From: an uncultured Eubacteriales bacterium | GTDB lineage: Bacteria > Acidobacteriota > Aminicenantia > Aminicenantales > UBA4085 | Direction: 5' to 3' | Length of the DNA stretch: 64,000 nucleotides | Assembly: GCA_964537875.1 (NCBI GenBank) | Contig: CAZIDN010000007.1 | Span: 6,720 to 70,719, forward strand | In this document: piece after piece, positions 39,863 through 49,973 of the stretch | How positions within the stretch are numbered: position 1 is the first letter of the stretch | How the letters are laid out: every line of letters begins with the position of its first letter | Made by a program: the position numbers and the translations under genes | The notes under the pieces: generated by a model | The model's input: the letters and a program-made list of their open reading frames with translations, nothing else | Database searches by the model: none | Told to the model about the DNA's origin: nothing

Positions 39863-42800
39863 CGGGCGTTTCTTCTTGTCTGTAAAAGCTCAAGGAGTTC
39901 CGAGTATTCAAAACGTTCGATAAGACTTCGCAGTTCCTGGGCGACAAGGATGTTGTGGTCCTCGACGCCGCCGGCCAACTCCATCATTAGGTCGAAGTCC
40001 GCGTTGGTAACGGCGTCCCGCATCTTATTGATGGACTCCTCCGGCAGAACCGACAAAATTTCTGCCGTCATTGCGCTCATCACCGCGGCGCCGGGCAGCA
40101 GTTTTGCGAGCCCAGCCTCATCGGAAAAAACGTACGCAACCCCCAGGAGCTTTCCGATCGTCTCGTAAAGCACCGCTTCCCGAAAAGGCTTGGCAATAAA
40201 ATCGTCGGCGCCGGCCCGGAGGGCTTCCTGGCGGTTCTGGGAAAACGCGCTGGCCGATATACTCACGATCTTGACGTCCCGGCCGCCGGCGCCGGCCCTG
40301 ATAAGGCGGATGGCGTCGTAGCCGTCCATCACGGGCATGCGCATGTCCATGAGGATCAGGTGCGGCTGCCAGGCCGTGAACTCCTCGACGGCTTCTTGGC
40401 CGTTGGTCACCTGCCGTGTCTCGAACCCGATATTGCCGAGCATCTGGGAAATGAGCGTCAGGTTCGTGTCCTCGTCATCGGCAATCAGGATTCGGTACGT
40501 CGGCTGTCCCGGCCGGAGGCCTTTCACCCGAGCCGATTCCGGCTTTTTCTTGTCTGAGCCAGCCTCGCACTCTCCCAGATGAACATCGAACTTGATTAAG
40601 CTCCCAGTCCCGTCCTTGCTGTCGACCGTGATGTCCCCTTCCATCAGGCGGACAAATTCCTTGCTGATCGCCAGGCCCAAACCCGTGCCCGATCCAGCCC
40701 GGCGGCTATTCTGCGTTTGCTGGAAAGGCTTAAACAGGTTATTCAGTTCCGTTTCCGGAATGCCCACTCCCGTGTCTTCCACTTCCGCTTGCAAACGAAG
40801 TCTGTTCGAACTCTCCTGATTCATATGCACTCTCAGAACGATGCCGCCCTTTTCGGTGAACTTTACGGCGTTCCCGAGCAGGTTGATGAAGACCTGGCGG
40901 AGTTTGCCCTCATCCCCCACGACATAATCAGGTATATGACTTAGGCCCTCCACGGCAAAATCCAGCTTTTTCGCATCCGTACGCACGCGAAACATCATCT
41001 CCAGATCCTCGAGCAGCGCCCGGAGGTCGAATGTCGTGGCGTTGAGAGTCGTCCGGCCGGCTTCTATTTTCGACATTTCCAGCACATCGTTAATGAGCGC
41101 CAGCAGGTGCTCGCCGCTCCGGTTGATGGTGTCAAGATGCTTTCGTTGCTGGGGATTCAGCGTATCATCTTGCCCCATCAGCTGGGAAAATCCAAGGATG
41201 GCGTTCAGCGGCGTCCGAATCTCATGCGACATATTGGCCAGGAAGATACTCTTGGCCCGGTTGGCCGCATCGGCGTCCTGCTTCGCCCCTTCGAGCTCTT
41301 TGGTTCGCTCCTTGACAAGTTCCTCGAGGTGCTCCCGGTGCTTGCTCAGCTCTTCCTCCCCCCGCTTGCGCTCGGTGATGTCGCTGAGAAAATTCAATGT
41401 CGCGGGTTTGTCTTCCCAGGCGACCAAGACCGCATCGATCTCCACCCACTTGATGCTCCCGTCTTTGTTAATCAACCTGAACGCATATCTGGGCAGAGAC
41501 ACATCGCCCTTGAGGCGTCTCAAATAATGCTCGCCCACCATCTGCCGGTCATCCGGATGAACGAACTCGAGAAAAGGCGAGGAACGCAGTTCTTGCTCCG
41601 AATAACCGGATATCTCACTCGCCATACGATTGACGAACTTCAGCATGCCGTCTTGGGCGATGAGGATGGCTTCGGCGGCGTTTTCCACCAGAGTCCGATA
41701 TTTCTCTTCGCTCTCTTGCAGCGCTTCTTCGGCCCGCTTGCGCTCGGTGATGTCTTCAATGGTTCCATCGAAATATTGGATGCTTCCGTGCTCATCTTTG
41801 ACGGCAACCGCCGATAGGGAATAAATGAACGGTTTCCCGTCCTTTTTCTCGACGTGTACTTCCTCATTTCTGATAAATCCTTTGGTGAGCAGCTTTTCGA
41901 TGAGTCTTTCTCTGTCCTCTACGTTTTGGTATAAATCGGAGAGGTTTAAGGCCAGGAATGCCTTTCTATTCTTATAGCCGAACATCCTGACCAGGGCGGG
42001 ATTGGCCTCCATAAATCGGTTTTTGGGTCCTGCCGTGTTTCTAAAGACGCCGACGTTGATGTTTTCCGTCAAAGTCCGATACTTCTCCTCATTTTCCTTC
42101 AACGCCTGTTCGCCTTTCTTGCGCTCCGTGATGTCTCTGGCGATTCCCAGGACGACCGCTTTTCCCTCTAATCTTACGGGGTGGGTGCTGATTTCAACCG
42201 CGACCTTGCTGCCGTCTTTTCTTTTCAAAATAAATTCATCGGGCCCGGTCGGCTTGCCTCTTAGGTTTTTGACTAAAAGATAAGCGGCTTTCGGAATAAG
42301 CTCCGCAGAAAGCAGGTTCAGCTTCAAAAAGCTCATTCCGACGAGCTCCTCCCTCTTATAGCCCGTCAGTTTCTCCGCGGCCTTATTGCCGTCAATAAAA
42401 TGGCCTTTCAGGTCGTTCAAATAGTAGGCGTCGGGAGCAGATTCGAACACAAGTCTGAACCGCTCTTCCGACCTTTTGAGATCTTCCTCCGCCCGCTTGC
42501 GTTCGGTGGTGTCGCGGAAGAATCCAACGAGATACGGCCTGCCGGCAATGGCAACCGTGGTTGCGTTGATGTCCGCGTAGAAAATGGTTCCGTCCTTCCT
42601 GAGGCAGGGAAGATCCGTGGCTAGCGTTTTCTCTCCCCGTATCTGGGCTTCGAACTCGGCCGCAACGTGCGACAAAGCATCTTTCGGGTGAATGTTCGAA
42701 ACGCCTAGAATTCTCAATTCGTCCTCGGTATATCCGAGCATTCGACACATAGCCGGGTTCGCGTACTGGAAACCTTTCGTTTCATTGTCGGCGATCAGGA

Positions 42801-44898
42801 TGCCATCGGCGTTGTGTTCAAAAAGCGCGTGGTATCTTGCTTCAGAATCCCGCAGCGTCTCCTCCGCCCGCTTGTGCTCGGTGAAGTCTTCCCCTGAGCA
42901 AAGGATGCCCATGAAGTTCCCGGCTTCATCTTTCAAAGGAATATTGTGCCAGGCGATGATTCTCTCCTCCCCTCGTTGAGTGAGAACCGGATTTTCATAG
43001 TATTCAAGAGGCTCGACTTCTCCGGCCGCCAACCTTTTGAAAACATGTTGTACCTCATTCTTGATTCGTGCCGGTAAGAAGGTCTCGCACCAGTTCTTTC
43101 CGATGATCTCATGCTCCGGATAGCCGAGAATTTCGCATCCTTTTTTATTGATTAGGGTAACCGTGGCCGATGAATCCAAAATGACGATCATCACGCCTGC
43201 GATATCCAGATATCTTTGGGCCTTATCCTTCTCCTTACCCAGCTCTTTTCTCTTCTGCTTCTCGTCGATGATGTGGGCAATATAGCTGGCGATAGCCTGA
43301 AGGACTGAGACATCGTCTTCAGAGAAGGCGTTGACCTGCGTCGCCTGAAGGTCGAGAACGCCGATGAGCTGATCTTGGACAACCAGGGGAATGATCAACT
43401 CCGCTTTTGTCTCCGTGAGGTGAAAAGCGATATAGTCCGGCTCTTTGAAAACGTCGTTGGCGACGATCGTTTGTTTCAAGTGCCCCGCCTTGCCGATCAG
43501 CCCTTGTCCCAGCTTCTGTCTATGGCCCCTGGGGATAAGAAGGCCCGATTTGTTCCAGCCGGTCAGATATTCGATTTCCTCCGTTTCCGGATCATAAAGG
43601 TTCACGGAAATCTTGTAATATCCGAAGGACTTCCCGATGCTTTCGGCTGCCTGGACGATCACCGTTTCAATATCGGTATTCACCGGAATTTCGCTTTGAA
43701 TATGATGAATCAGCTCGAGCTGGATGTTGCGCTTTTGAAGGGCCTCTTCGGCCTGTCTCCGGTCGGTCATATCCCACATGTAGGAGCGAGTCCCGACAAG
43801 CCGTCCGTCTTCTCTCAAATCAACGACATCCACCTCAAGATATCGGACGGATCCATCTTTCTTGATGCCTCTGAATTCATATTTCGATGGGACATTTTTA
43901 TTTCGAAGACGTTCTTCATGATAGGTCACGACCTTTTCTCTGTCCTCAGGATGGACGAGTGATTGGACAGGCTGTTTTAGCATCTCCTCCATAGAATATC
44001 CAAAAATTTCCGCGTACCTTTCATTGAAATATTTGAGATTCCCTTGGCTGTCATCGCTTGATATAGCGATCCGGGATTTTTCGACTAAATCCCTAAAATG
44101 TTCTTCTGATTTTTTTAAGGCCTCCTCCGCCCGCCTGCGCTCGGTAATGTCTCTTGTAACTGCGACAAAGCCTTTCAGCTCTCCTTCGATACCACAAACC
44201 AGGGCGGAACTGAGTTCACCGATAAATCGGGTTCCGTCTTTCTTAAGCAGGGTATATTGTGCGTCTTTTAGAATGCCGTCTTTCATAGTTATCTGAAGAT
44301 TTTTCTTCGCCCGTTCGCGATCCTCCGGAGAAATGAGCTCAAGAGCGTTTTGCCCGATGAGCTCTTGGGGACTTTTAAAACCGTGGAGCTCGAGAGTTCG
44401 GGGGGAAACGTAGGTAATCCTGCCCTCCATATCCGTTGCCGTGACCGCTTCCGGAGAGGTTTCGATCATCATTCGAAACCATTGTTCGGACTTGAGAATA
44501 TGTCGTTCTGTTTTTTTGCGTTCAATGGCGTAGCTGATCGACGTCGCCAGCCGGCTGGTGTTGAGTTGCTCTTTGACAAGATAATCCTGTGCCCCTCTTT
44601 TTATGGCATCGAGAGCAACCGTTTCATCGGCGAGACCAGTCAGCACGATAATCGGAACCTCTTGTTTCTGAGCATTGACCTTGATGAACGTCTCAAGTCC
44701 CCGGCTGTCGGGCAACCCGAGATCCAAGAGGATGACGTTATGCAAGGTCTCTTCGATTTTCTCCAAGCCCTCCTTGAGGCAGGAGGCAGTTTCAAGATCA
44801 AACAGGCTGATGTCCACTTCCTTAAACATTTCGCGAATGAGGAGGATATCCCCCGGGTTATCCTCGATCATCAGCACCTTGATCTGTTTGTCGGTCAT
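39859..44898 (-). CDS. Multi-sensor hybrid histidine kinase (N-terminal receiver, about 7 PAS/PAC, GAF, HisKA-HATPase, two C-terminal receivers)
   Basis: Receiver motifs occur at the N-terminus and twice at the C-terminus (ILIADDEDTNL...; ...DMRMPVMDG). Repeated PAS signatures are present (RDITERKRAEE x6-7). The H-box SHEIRTPLNAI and the N/G boxes are present. It overlaps the downstream RR gene by 4 nt. Confidence 0.85.
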   Translation of the reverse strand: MTDKQIKVLMIEDNPGDILLIREMFKEVDISLFDLETASCLKEGLEKIEETLHNVILLDLGLPDSRGLETFIKVNAQKQEVPIIVLTGLADETVALDAIKRGAQDYLVKEQLNTSRLATSISYAIERKKTERHILKSEQWFRMMIETSPEAVTATDMEGRITYVSPRTLELHGFKSPQELIGQNALELISPEDRERAKKNLQITMKDGILKDAQYTLLKKDGTRFIGELSSALVCGIEGELKGFVAVTRDITERRRAEEALKKSEEHFRDLVEKSRIAISSDDSQGNLKYFNERYAEIFGYSMEEMLKQPVQSLVHPEDREKVVTYHEERLRNKNVPSKYEFRGIKKDGSVRYLEVDVVDLREDGRLVGTRSYMWDMTDRRQAEEALQKRNIQLELIHHIQSEIPVNTDIETVIVQAAESIGKSFGYYKISVNLYDPETEEIEYLTGWNKSGLLIPRGHRQKLGQGLIGKAGHLKQTIVANDVFKEPDYIAFHLTETKAELIIPLVVQDQLIGVLDLQATQVNAFSEDDVSVLQAIASYIAHIIDEKQKRKELGKEKDKAQRYLDIAGVMIVILDSSATVTLINKKGCEILGYPEHEIIGKNWCETFLPARIKNEVQHVFKRLAAGEVEPLEYYENPVLTQRGEERIIAWHNIPLKDEAGNFMGILCSGEDFTEHKRAEETLRDSEARYHALFEHNADGILIADNETKGFQYANPAMCRMLGYTEDELRILGVSNIHPKDALSHVAAEFEAQIRGEKTLATDLPCLRKDGTIFYADINATTVAIAGRPYLVGFFRDTTERKRAEEDLKRSEERFRLVFESAPDAYYLNDLKGHFIDGNKAAEKLTGYKREELVGMSFLKLNLLSAELIPKAAYLLVKNLRGKPTGPDEFILKRKDGSKVAVEISTHPVRLEGKAVVLGIARDITERKKGEQALKENEEKYRTLTENINVGVFRNTAGPKNRFMEANPALVRMFGYKNRKAFLALNLSDLYQNVEDRERLIEKLLTKGFIRNEEVHVEKKDGKPFIYSLSAVAVKDEHGSIQYFDGTIEDITERKRAEEALQESEEKYRTLVENAAEAILIAQDGMLKFVNRMASEISGYSEQELRSSPFLEFVHPDDRQMVGEHYLRRLKGDVSLPRYAFRLINKDGSIKWVEIDAVLVAWEDKPATLNFLSDITERKRGEEELSKHREHLEELVKERTKELEGAKQDADAANRAKSIFLANMSHEIRTPLNAILGFSQLMGQDDTLNPQQRKHLDTINRSGEHLLALINDVLEMSKIEAGRTTLNATTFDLRALLEDLEMMFRVRTDAKKLDFAVEGLSHIPDYVVGDEGKLRQVFINLLGNAVKFTEKGGIVLRVHMNQESSNRLRLQAEVEDTGVGIPETELNNLFKPFQQTQNSRRAGSGTGLGLAISKEFVRLMEGDITVDSKDGTGSLIKFDVHLGECEAGSDKKKPESARVKGLRPGQPTYRILIADDEDTNLTLISQMLGNIGFETRQVTNGQEAVEEFTAWQPHLILMDMRMPVMDGYDAIRLIRAGAGGRDVKIVSISASAFSQNRQEALRAGADDFIAKPFREAVLYETIGKLLGVAYVFSDEAGLAKLLPGAAVMSAMTAEILSVLPEESINKMRDAVTNADFDLMMELAGGVEDHNILVAQELRSLIERFEYSELLELLQTRRNAR

Positions 44899-45327
44899 TT
44901 TTTATCTTCTGTAGGGAGTTTCATCGTGGCCAGCCCGTTAAGGTTTCCAGCGCCTTCCGAATCTGAGCTTGTCTCATCATGTTGACGGATGTCTTCATCT
45001 TAATTTCTCTGTTTCAGGAAAAAATGATGAGCTGCTGTTTTCCTCCCCTCACGGCCCCAGGATTATGGCGTAATGCTCTCCGTGCCCGTCAGGCCTGTCT
45101 GAGATATACCACCTCGATTTCTGCTCGGCATGCTAAAATTGTCGGGGGAATCTTTCAGTTTAACAATCCCCTCTTTGAATGAAGTTTAAGATGATTTTTA
45201 TTCGGGTTTTATCACCTATAAGGGGGATGTCGGCTTAATTACAGACGTCTTGATCTGTAAACTTTCTTACAAGTTATTTATTTTAAAGGAGGTTAGAGGA
45301 TGAAAAGGATATTTTTCCTCGTCATTT

Positions 45328-45789
45328 TCACTTGCTTCCGTCCGGCGGCAGCTTGACCACAGTCAGCCAGAAGTCCTCGATGGATTTCACGACCTTGATG
45401 AATTGATTCAGGTCAATGGGCTTTGTGATAAAACAGTTCGCATTGAGGTTGTACGTCTTCAGGACGTCTTCCTCATCCTTAGAAACCGTCAAGATAACCA
45501 CTGGGATTCGCTTCAGGTCGGGGTCTCCTTTGATCTCTGCCAGAACCTCCCGGCCGTCTTTTCCGGGAAGGTTGAGGTCCAGCAGGATGAGGTCGGGCCG
45601 CTGCACTCGAGCATGCTTACCCTCTTTCCGGAGAAAATCCATCGCCTCCTGGCCGTTATCCACCAGATGCAGAGTGTTGCGGACTTTGGCGTCCTGGAAA
45701 ACTTCCCAGGCCAGCCGGGCATCCCCCGGGTTGTCCTCAACCAATAAGATTTCGATGGGATGGACCGCGATTTCGGAAACCATAATCAT
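45328..45789 (-). CDS. Single-domain response regulator (CheY-like)
   Basis: [10 protein letters not shown]...[14 protein letters not shown]...K receiver motifs are present. Confidence 0.75.
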   Translation of the reverse strand: MIMVSEIAVHPIEILLVEDNPGDARLAWEVFQDAKVRNTLHLVDNGQEAMDFLRKEGKHARVQRPDLILLDLNLPGKDGREVLAEIKGDPDLKRIPVVILTVSKDEEDVLKTYNLNANCFITKPIDLNQFIKVVKSIEDFWLTVVKLPPDGSK

Positions 45790-47003
45790 TCCCTCCTTTT
45801 TGGTATTGTGAAAAAGAAAGTGGAGCCATTGCCGGGCTCTGATTCCACCCAGATCCGCCCGCCATGCCTTTCCACAATCTTCTTGCAGATGGCCAGCCCG
45901 ATGCCCGTTCCCGGATACTCTTCTCTGCTGTGCAGACGCTGGAAGATGACGAAAATTCGGTCGAAATATTCTTTGGCTATGCCTATGCCGTTATCCCGGA
46001 CTCCAAACATCCATTCTTCCTCCCTCGACTCAGAAAAGACATGGATCCGGGGCGGCTCCTTTCCCCTGAATTTTATGGCATTTCCGATCAGGTTCTGGAA
46101 TAGATGGAGCATCTGGGAAGCATCGGCAGTGATCTCAGGCAAGGATTCATGGGTTAGAAGAGCCTGGTTCTCCTCTATTAAAAGAAGAAGGTTGACGTGA
46201 ACGTGGGCCAGGATCTCTTCGCTGTTGACAGGCTCGAAAGGCATGCCGCGGGTGGAAAGGCGGGAGTAGGATAAAAGGTCATTGATCATGTGCTGCATGC
46301 GGTTGGCGCCATCCACGGCAAACTCGATGAATTCATCGGCGCTCTTGTCGAGTTTTCCTTTATAGCGCTGCTCCAAGAGCTGGGTGAAGCTGGAGATCAT
46401 TCTCAGCGGCTCCTGAAGGTCATGAGAGGCGACATAAGCGAACTGTTCAAGATCTCTGTTGGAACGTTCCAGTTCCCTGTTCAGGGCGGAGAGTTGAACG
46501 ACCCGGCTCTCAAGGTCCTTATTTAATCTTATGATCTCTTCCTCAGCCTTTTTGAGGGCGGTGATGTCCTGCTGGGCCATAAGTAAGACTCGCTGTCCGC
46601 CTAATTCTATCTGGTCGATGTTGAGGAGAGCATAAAAAGCTGTCCCGTCCTTTCTCTTCATCCTGACTGTGTAATCCCGGACTTTGCCTGTTTCCTCCAG
46701 GATTTTGAGCATCTCCCTGCGATCGTTGGCATCCGCGTAAGTTTCCCCAACATTGATTGTCTTGAATTCCTCTTGCGAATAGCCTGTCATCTCCTCCACC
46801 ATCCGGTTTATAGAATAGACATTCCCCTTCAGGTCTAATATCCCTATGCCTACGGGCACCGCCTCAACCAGCTTGGGCAATTTCTCCTCAGATTCACGGA
46901 GCGCCTCTTTCACCCGCTTGAGCTCGGTGAGACGTGAATCCGCGCCGGCAAGTGACGGAGGGTTTTTCGATTTCTTTTTTTTGATATTAGCTTTTCCTTC
47001 CAT
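45786..47003 (-). CDS. PAS-domain sensor histidine kinase
   Basis: PAS signatures, the H-box SHDLQEPLR and HATPase N/G boxes ([14 protein letters not shown]) are present. It overlaps the receiver gene by 4 nt. Confidence 0.75.
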   Translation of the reverse strand: MEGKANIKKKKSKNPPSLAGADSRLTELKRVKEALRESEEKLPKLVEAVPVGIGILDLKGNVYSINRMVEEMTGYSQEEFKTINVGETYADANDRREMLKILEETGKVRDYTVRMKRKDGTAFYALLNIDQIELGGQRVLLMAQQDITALKKAEEEIIRLNKDLESRVVQLSALNRELERSNRDLEQFAYVASHDLQEPLRMISSFTQLLEQRYKGKLDKSADEFIEFAVDGANRMQHMINDLLSYSRLSTRGMPFEPVNSEEILAHVHVNLLLLIEENQALLTHESLPEITADASQMLHLFQNLIGNAIKFRGKEPPRIHVFSESREEEWMFGVRDNGIGIAKEYFDRIFVIFQRLHSREEYPGTGIGLAICKKIVERHGGRIWVESEPGNGSTFFFTIPKRRE

Positions 47004-47290
47004 ATTTAGGCCATCCTATTTGGGTGCGTTTTTTTAAGCAGGATTCGCTTTTGTTCCTGAGCATGGCTATGCTTTCGAAATCGATGATCGAGCTCTCTAG
47101 CATGATTAGCCAAAAACCCCTCCGCCCTTTCAGCTGAATTTTATCTTGTGCTCTATGGGGAAGATCATAAATCGAGACCCGCGCGATTGTCAAGCCGGCG
47201 ACACCGGTGCTTTTTCCTTTAGGATGAAAGAAAATAGCGAGACATCACTCTGGGGGGATTACCTCTTTTTTTCATCCTCTCTATAATCGA

Positions 47291-48400
47291 TTATTTGTCC
47301 TTCCACACTTTCCCGTCCTGGCTGATGTACCAGGCCTCGCCGGATTTGCCACGGTAAATGGCCTCAAACAGGCTTGTCGTGGTCTGGATGACGGGCGGAA
47401 AGACAAAATCGTCGACTTTGAGGTCTTTTTCTTTGAGCCCGAGAGCTCCCAGGTCTGGGGAAAAATTTCCTTTTTCGGCTTTGAAGGCCCACTCTTTATA
47501 GTAGATTTTCCGTAGAGCCCATTTAGCTGCTTCCTCAGGCTTGTCCTGGAACGAATCTTTTCCCCGGCCGGCGGTCTTCCCGGAGAACTGGACATAGCCC
47601 CACATCTCGGGATAATGGATGTTGATCAAGCCCATGGGCGACCAGACCCAGTTGTCTTCGGCAAAAGGCTTTCCCGTCGCCGGATCCTTGGCTTTGACAT
47701 ATTGCCCGTTCTCGACGTTTATGCGATATTCCACCCGGGAAAAGTTGACGCGCCATTGATCTCCCGGCTTGGGCAATGACTTCGCCGCGGCGGCTTCTTT
47801 GAGGACCTCCCAAGGCATGGCGATCTCGACAAACCAGCCTTTGTCCTTGTCGCCGGGATTGTTGACTGTCCCGTTGACCTTGACCGCCGTCTGGAGTCCC
47901 TGGATATCCCAGGCATGGATCGCAGGCCCCCCATCCCGGTAGGGCCTGACCAGGAAAAGATCCCAGACCGTATTCAGGGCATTGATCTCGAGCTCGTAGT
48001 AGTTGTGGGTATCGCCGTCGGGATCGATGAAGACCTCGAAATCATTGTCTTGGTAAATGATCGAATCGCGCTTGGTCAGCGTGGCCCAGACATCGGGCTC
48101 CTCGAGAAAGGCTCCGAAGTAAAAATAATCATTGTCCCAGAGCATTTTGACCATCGTTCGGTGCCGCGGCTTAGAACGGAGCGAGCCTTCGATATCCACA
48201 AAATTGTCCGACCAGGGGACCTTGGACCAGACCTCTTCATCCAAATTGCCGTCGACTTGGACCGGCCCGGCCGCCCTGTAACAAATAGATTTTTTGGGAT
48301 TAAAGGCAATCTTCGGCTCGGGAACCTTGGTTCCGTCCGAAAACCCTAGGATGATCGCAAGAAAACAAGCAGAAACAAGAAAAAAAATCCGCGATTTCAT
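47291..48400 (-). CDS. Secreted CBM9-like / DOMON-like carbohydrate-binding family protein
   Basis: A signal peptide is present. Aromatic-rich WSD...DNDYFYF...FEVFIDPDGDTHNYYE motifs resemble CBM9-like domains. The assignment is by pattern only. Confidence 0.4.
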   Translation of the reverse strand: MKSRIFFLVSACFLAIILGFSDGTKVPEPKIAFNPKKSICYRAAGPVQVDGNLDEEVWSKVPWSDNFVDIEGSLRSKPRHRTMVKMLWDNDYFYFGAFLEEPDVWATLTKRDSIIYQDNDFEVFIDPDGDTHNYYELEINALNTVWDLFLVRPYRDGGPAIHAWDIQGLQTAVKVNGTVNNPGDKDKGWFVEIAMPWEVLKEAAAAKSLPKPGDQWRVNFSRVEYRINVENGQYVKAKDPATGKPFAEDNWVWSPMGLINIHYPEMWGYVQFSGKTAGRGKDSFQDKPEEAAKWALRKIYYKEWAFKAEKGNFSPDLGALGLKEKDLKVDDFVFPPVIQTTTSLFEAIYRGKSGEAWYISQDGKVWKDK

Positions 48401-48609
48401 CGTTCTCTCCTATGCCCGTTTTCCCTTATTTCTAGTTTTCCGAGGTGTGAGGGCAAACATTCTATTTACCTCCTTTAATGTCCAAGGAGAAAGGAAGTTT
48501 AATAATTTTCGTTCTGCTCCATTTTATTCGGAAAACATAGTGAGGAAACGATCCGGATTGTTTCGCCTTTCTGTTCTCACGAAATGTGAGAGACTCATTT
48601 CTTCTTACC

Positions 48610-49770
48610 TTATCTTCCTTTCAATACTTCGCCAAGGGCCTTCCAGTGCTCATCCGTCATCGAGCTCATGGCGAACAGGGTGATTCCTCGCGCTCCGCCC
48701 TTGAAGGATCCCTCAACCGCTCGAGAAAGCTCCGCGGGCTTGATCTGAGAGATAAAAAGGCCGCTGTAAAGAGGACGCGACGAAGGCAGCTCGGCGACGC
48801 CCTCCCGTGTGGCCGGCTCCAGCCAATCCAAATCCTTGGCGTAATAATAATGATAGATCATCGGATGGACTGTATCGAGCCTCCACTTCGGCCAGTCTTG
48901 GCGGACGTAGCGGCGGGAGAGCTCCGGCGTGGCAAAGACCGCCGCCGAAATCGGCTTTCCTTTTCTGTGGGCCGCATCGGCCAGCTTGTCGACGATGTTG
49001 GTAATCGTCTGATAACGGTAGTTCTTCCAGGCTTGATGAGAGGAAGGATCCTCGATTCTAAGCGGGTCGATGCCTTCGATCTCTTCGAAATTCTTGCGGC
49101 AGACAGGACAATAACAGAAATCGAACTGGGGATACTCTTTATCCTGGACGAGATTGTACTTGGGCTGCAGGGCTTCCGGCAGAATCACGTCCGGGTAGCG
49201 GATATAATCGAGGTGGATGCCCTTGATCCCTTCAATATCCGCCAGTTCCCGCACGAAATTTTCCAGGTATTCATAAACTTCGGGGCGCGAAGGACAGAGC
49301 CATTTGTAAGAAGGGATATATGGCTGTTTGGCCAGCGTCGAATCGCCGCTGCGGCTGACAACGAACCAGTCGGGATGATCTTTCTCGACGGCCGCGGCAT
49401 TGCAGATCAGGGCGCAGATCCAGGCGTGGACTTCGAGACCGGCTTGCTTGGCCGCGGGCAAAATCTTGGCCAATTCATCGACCTCATGGACGGCAAAAGA
49501 GCTTGGATAAAAGGCCTTGGCCCCGGTATAGCTCAGAAGATGGACCGCCTGGATCCCCGCCCCGGCCGCTTGGTCGAATTTTCTTTTCCATGACTCGGCC
49601 GAAATTTTCGGGTCAGGATGAGCCCACATCCAGTTCTTAATCTCATTTTTCGGCGCCTTTTCAAGCGGCTGCGCCTCTTTCGTGAATAGATGAGTCCCGG
49701 CGATCGTTAAGGCGCCCGCTCCCAAGCCGGCCAAAAATTCCCGTCTTTTCATACGACCTCGTTCATTCAA
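48610..49770 (-). CDS. Glycoside-hydrolase-like family 10 (GHL10/DUF187) TIM-barrel protein, TAT-secreted
   Basis: A twin-arginine signal (RREFLAGLGAGAL) is present. The VHAWI and HLDYIRYP motifs fit GHL10. Confidence 0.45.
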   Translation of the reverse strand: MNERGRMKRREFLAGLGAGALTIAGTHLFTKEAQPLEKAPKNEIKNWMWAHPDPKISAESWKRKFDQAAGAGIQAVHLLSYTGAKAFYPSSFAVHEVDELAKILPAAKQAGLEVHAWICALICNAAAVEKDHPDWFVVSRSGDSTLAKQPYIPSYKWLCPSRPEVYEYLENFVRELADIEGIKGIHLDYIRYPDVILPEALQPKYNLVQDKEYPQFDFCYCPVCRKNFEEIEGIDPLRIEDPSSHQAWKNYRYQTITNIVDKLADAAHRKGKPISAAVFATPELSRRYVRQDWPKWRLDTVHPMIYHYYYAKDLDWLEPATREGVAELPSSRPLYSGLFISQIKPAELSRAVEGSFKGGARGITLFAMSSMTDEHWKALGEVLKGR

Positions 49771-49973
49771 TTTAAACAGAAAATTATGAAGGGGTCAAAT
49801 CCCAAAATTCCCATTGGGATCCGCCATTATTGATAGCCGAATGCTATTCATGAAGATAGATTAATAGAAAGGAGCATCCTCCCATGAATTCATCGCCAAA
49901 TGCTCCTGGGAAGGAAGGAAACCCTAGGCAAGGGTTTTCTTCCAAGAGTATCCGACAGGCCCCGCGCCTTTTC

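Noticed and set aside
40337-44985. Many 60-240 aa plus-strand ORFs inside the 1679-aa histidine kinase gene
   Set aside because: They are antisense to a continuous 5-kb minus-strand frame with receiver, PAS and kinase motifs throughout.
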